Assembly (NCBI GenBank): GCA_019306185.1
Contig: JAFDMD010000002.1
Span: 1 to 47,690, forward strand
Direction: 5' to 3'
Source of the DNA: Deltaproteobacteria bacterium
GTDB taxonomy: Bacteria > Desulfobacterota > Desulfobacteria > Desulfobacterales > JAFDMD01
DNA length: 47,690 nucleotides
The notes under the pieces were generated by a model, which worked only from the letters and a program-made list of their open reading frames with translations, ran no database searches and was not told where the DNA came from. Position numbers and translations under genes: made by a program. Positions within the stretch are counted from its first letter, which is position 1; every line of letters begins with the position of its first letter. Shown here in pieces: positions 45,800-47,690 of this stretch.

Positions 45800-47690
45800 A
45801 TGAATAACAAACCTATGATTTTGGCGCCTGCCGGCGGAAAGGCATCTTTTTTTGCCGCGCTGGCGGCAGATGCAGACGGAATTTACTGCGGGCTTAAAGA
45901 GTTTTCCGCAAGAATGAAAGCGGATAATTTTACCGTAGAAGAGCTTGCTCCTTTGGCGGAGCTTGCCCATGATAAAGGCAAAAAGATTTTTATTGCGATG
46001 AATTCCTTATTAAAAGAGGATGAAGCCGATTATGCGGGAAAGCTTATTAAGGCGCTTGAAAAGCATGTCAAACCGGACGCTTTGATTATTCAGGATACCG
46101 GTTTTATTAAGCTTGCAAGGGATGCCGGATTTTCAAAACAAATTCATTTATCCACCCTTGCATGCGTTACTTTCGGAGCGGGGTTAAAAACCGCAAAAGA
46201 TTTGGGCGTTAAAACGGTTGTTTTGCCGCGGGAACTTAATATTGACGAAATAAAGATGATGACCGCGGCTGCGCCGTCCGCAATTGATCTGGAAATTTTT
46301 GTTCACGGCGCGCTTTGTTACGGAGTTTCCGGCAGATGTTACTGGAGCAGTTTTTTGGGAGGAAAAAGCGGGCTTCGCGGAATGTGCGTTCAGCCTTGCA
46401 GACGTTTTTATAATTACGAAGATAAAAAGGAGCGTTTTTTTTCTTGCAAGGATTTATGCCTTGATTTTTTGGTAAAGGTTTTGCTTCCGTTGAAAAATAT
46501 TCGCGCATGGAAGATAGAAGGAAGAAAAAAAGGACCTCATTATGTTTTTTATACCGTTAAAGGATATAAGCTGCTCCGAGATTACGGAGATGATTCTTTG
46601 GCAAGAAAAGAGGCTTTTAATCTTTTAATGCGGGCTTTGGGCAGAGAAAGAACTCATTATAATTTTTTGCCTCAGAGGCAGTTTAATCCTACGGCTTTGG
46701 AGGGGGATACCGCATCGGGACTTTTTATAGGCAAAATTAAAAAACAGAACGGAAAATTTTTTTTTAATACGGAAGAAGCGCTTATCCGAAGTGATCTTTT
46801 GCGTATAGGATATGAAGATCAAAAAGGACATCGGGTATTAAAAATAAAAAGATACATTCCGAGAAGAGGGCGTTTTTATATTAATGTAGAAAGCAGATTT
46901 GAAAATATAAACGGCTTTTCCGTGTTTCTTATAGACAGAATGGAAAAAGAGCTTGAAGATAAAATTGAAAAGTTAAAATCCGAAATTAAAGAACCGGACG
47001 TTAAAATTGCGGAACCTTATTTTAAAAGCCAAACGCCTTCTTATATTTACAAAAGCCAAACGCCGGTTAAAAATTTATATATTTACGCGGATATTCCGAA
47101 TAATAGCGCTTTAGATACGGCGGCGAATTTAACTTATAAAAATATAACCGGCATTTCGGATAAAAAGGCTTCCTTTATATATTGGAATCTGCCTTGCGTA
47201 ATATGGCCCCAAGATGAAGCGGATATTAAAAAGAATATAGGATATTTGCTTAAAAAAGGATGTTTTAATTTTATTATTAATTCTTTATGGCAGCTCTCTT
47301 TATTTGAATATCCGAAAAAATTAAATATTATTGCCGGCGCATTTTGCAATATTGCAAATACGCCGGCGATTATCTATGCGCAAAATTCGGGCGTAAAAAA
47401 GGTTGTTTTAAGCCCGGAACTGTCAAAGGATGATTATCTTAATATGCCGAGCAAAAGTCCGCTTCCTTTGGGAATTATAACAAACGGGCTTTTCCCGTTA
47501 TCTATTTCAAGAATTATTCCCGATGATATTAAAGAAAATACCCTTTTTACAAGCCCCAAAGGGGAGGGCGGTTTTATAAAAAAATCCGGCTCAAATTACA
47601 ATGTATATCCTAATTGGGTAATCGATTTGAACGATAAGAAAAAGGAGCTTGAAAAAGCGGGGTATTCTTTTTTTGTCGATATAAAAGAGC
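45800..47690 (+). CDS. U32-family peptidase / RNA hydroxylation protein (runs off the window end)
   Basis: ILAPAG, FSARMKADNF, IIQDTG, HLSTLA, LPREL, FVHGALCYGVSGRC...RGMCVQPCR, WKIEGR. Absent from the ORF track, consistent with no stop before the edge. Confidence 0.92.
   Translation, partial: MNNKPMILAPAGGKASFFAALAADADGIYCGLKEFSARMKADNFTVEELAPLAELAHDKGKKIFIAMNSLLKEDEADYAGKLIKALEKHVKPDALIIQDTGFIKLARDAGFSKQIHLSTLACVTFGAGLKTAKDLGVKTVVLPRELNIDEIKMMTAAAPSAIDLEIFVHGALCYGVSGRCYWSSFLGGKSGLRGMCVQPCRRFYNYEDKKERFFSCKDLCLDFLVKVLLPLKNIRAWKIEGRKKGPHYVFYTVKGYKLLRDYGDDSLARKEAFNLLMRALGRERTHYNFLPQRQFNPTALEGDTASGLFIGKIKKQNGKFFFNTEEALIRSDLLRIGYEDQKGHRVLKIKRYIPRRGRFYINVESRFENINGFSVFLIDRMEKELEDKIEKLKSEIKEPDVKIAEPYFKSQTPSYIYKSQTPVKNLYIYADIPNNSALDTAANLTYKNITGISDKKASFIYWNLPCVIWPQDEADIKKNIGYLLKKGCFNFIINSLWQLSLFEYPKKLNIIAGAFCNIANTPAIIYAQNSGVKKVVLSPELSKDDYLNMPSKSPLPLGIITNGLFPLSISRIIPDDIKENTLFTSPKGEGGFIKKSGSNYNVYPNWVIDLNDKKKELEKAGYSFFVDIKE

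Overview
A low-GC chromosomal segment of a sulfate-reducing deltaproteobacterium (Desulfobacterales-like, inferred from dsrC, ahbA, cooC, mqnC/mqnE, fused cobA-hemD and a large Alu-containing SRP RNA). The backbone is intact housekeeping DNA: lptFG, argH-dapL-folK-fsa-pgsA, four tRNAs, dsrC, the hemC-cobA/hemD-moaA-rsmA-purN-mrp run, mlaD, a murU-amgK fusion, plsB, mqnEC, an acyl-CoA synthetase, cooC and a U32 protein. Small accessory cassettes are spliced into it with no integrase or transposase in the window. They include two ABC-ATPase + TOPRIM-like pairs (PARIS-like), HEPN/MNT, HicB, a RelE/ParE remnant, DUF4160/DUF2442, a decayed AbiJ-like gene, and two uncharacterised pairs. One pair is a predicted ADP-ribosyltransferase-fold protein with a large TPR protein. 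The other is a small protein with a divergent dCTP deaminase, whose 5' leader is a 15-bp tandem repeat. Two TA cassettes are flanked by direct repeats, one of which looks like a duplicated promoter. A ~145-bp MITE-like repeat family supplies the stop codons of three core genes. Many accessory genes are pseudogenes. All family assignments are from motif recognition by eye; no database search was run.
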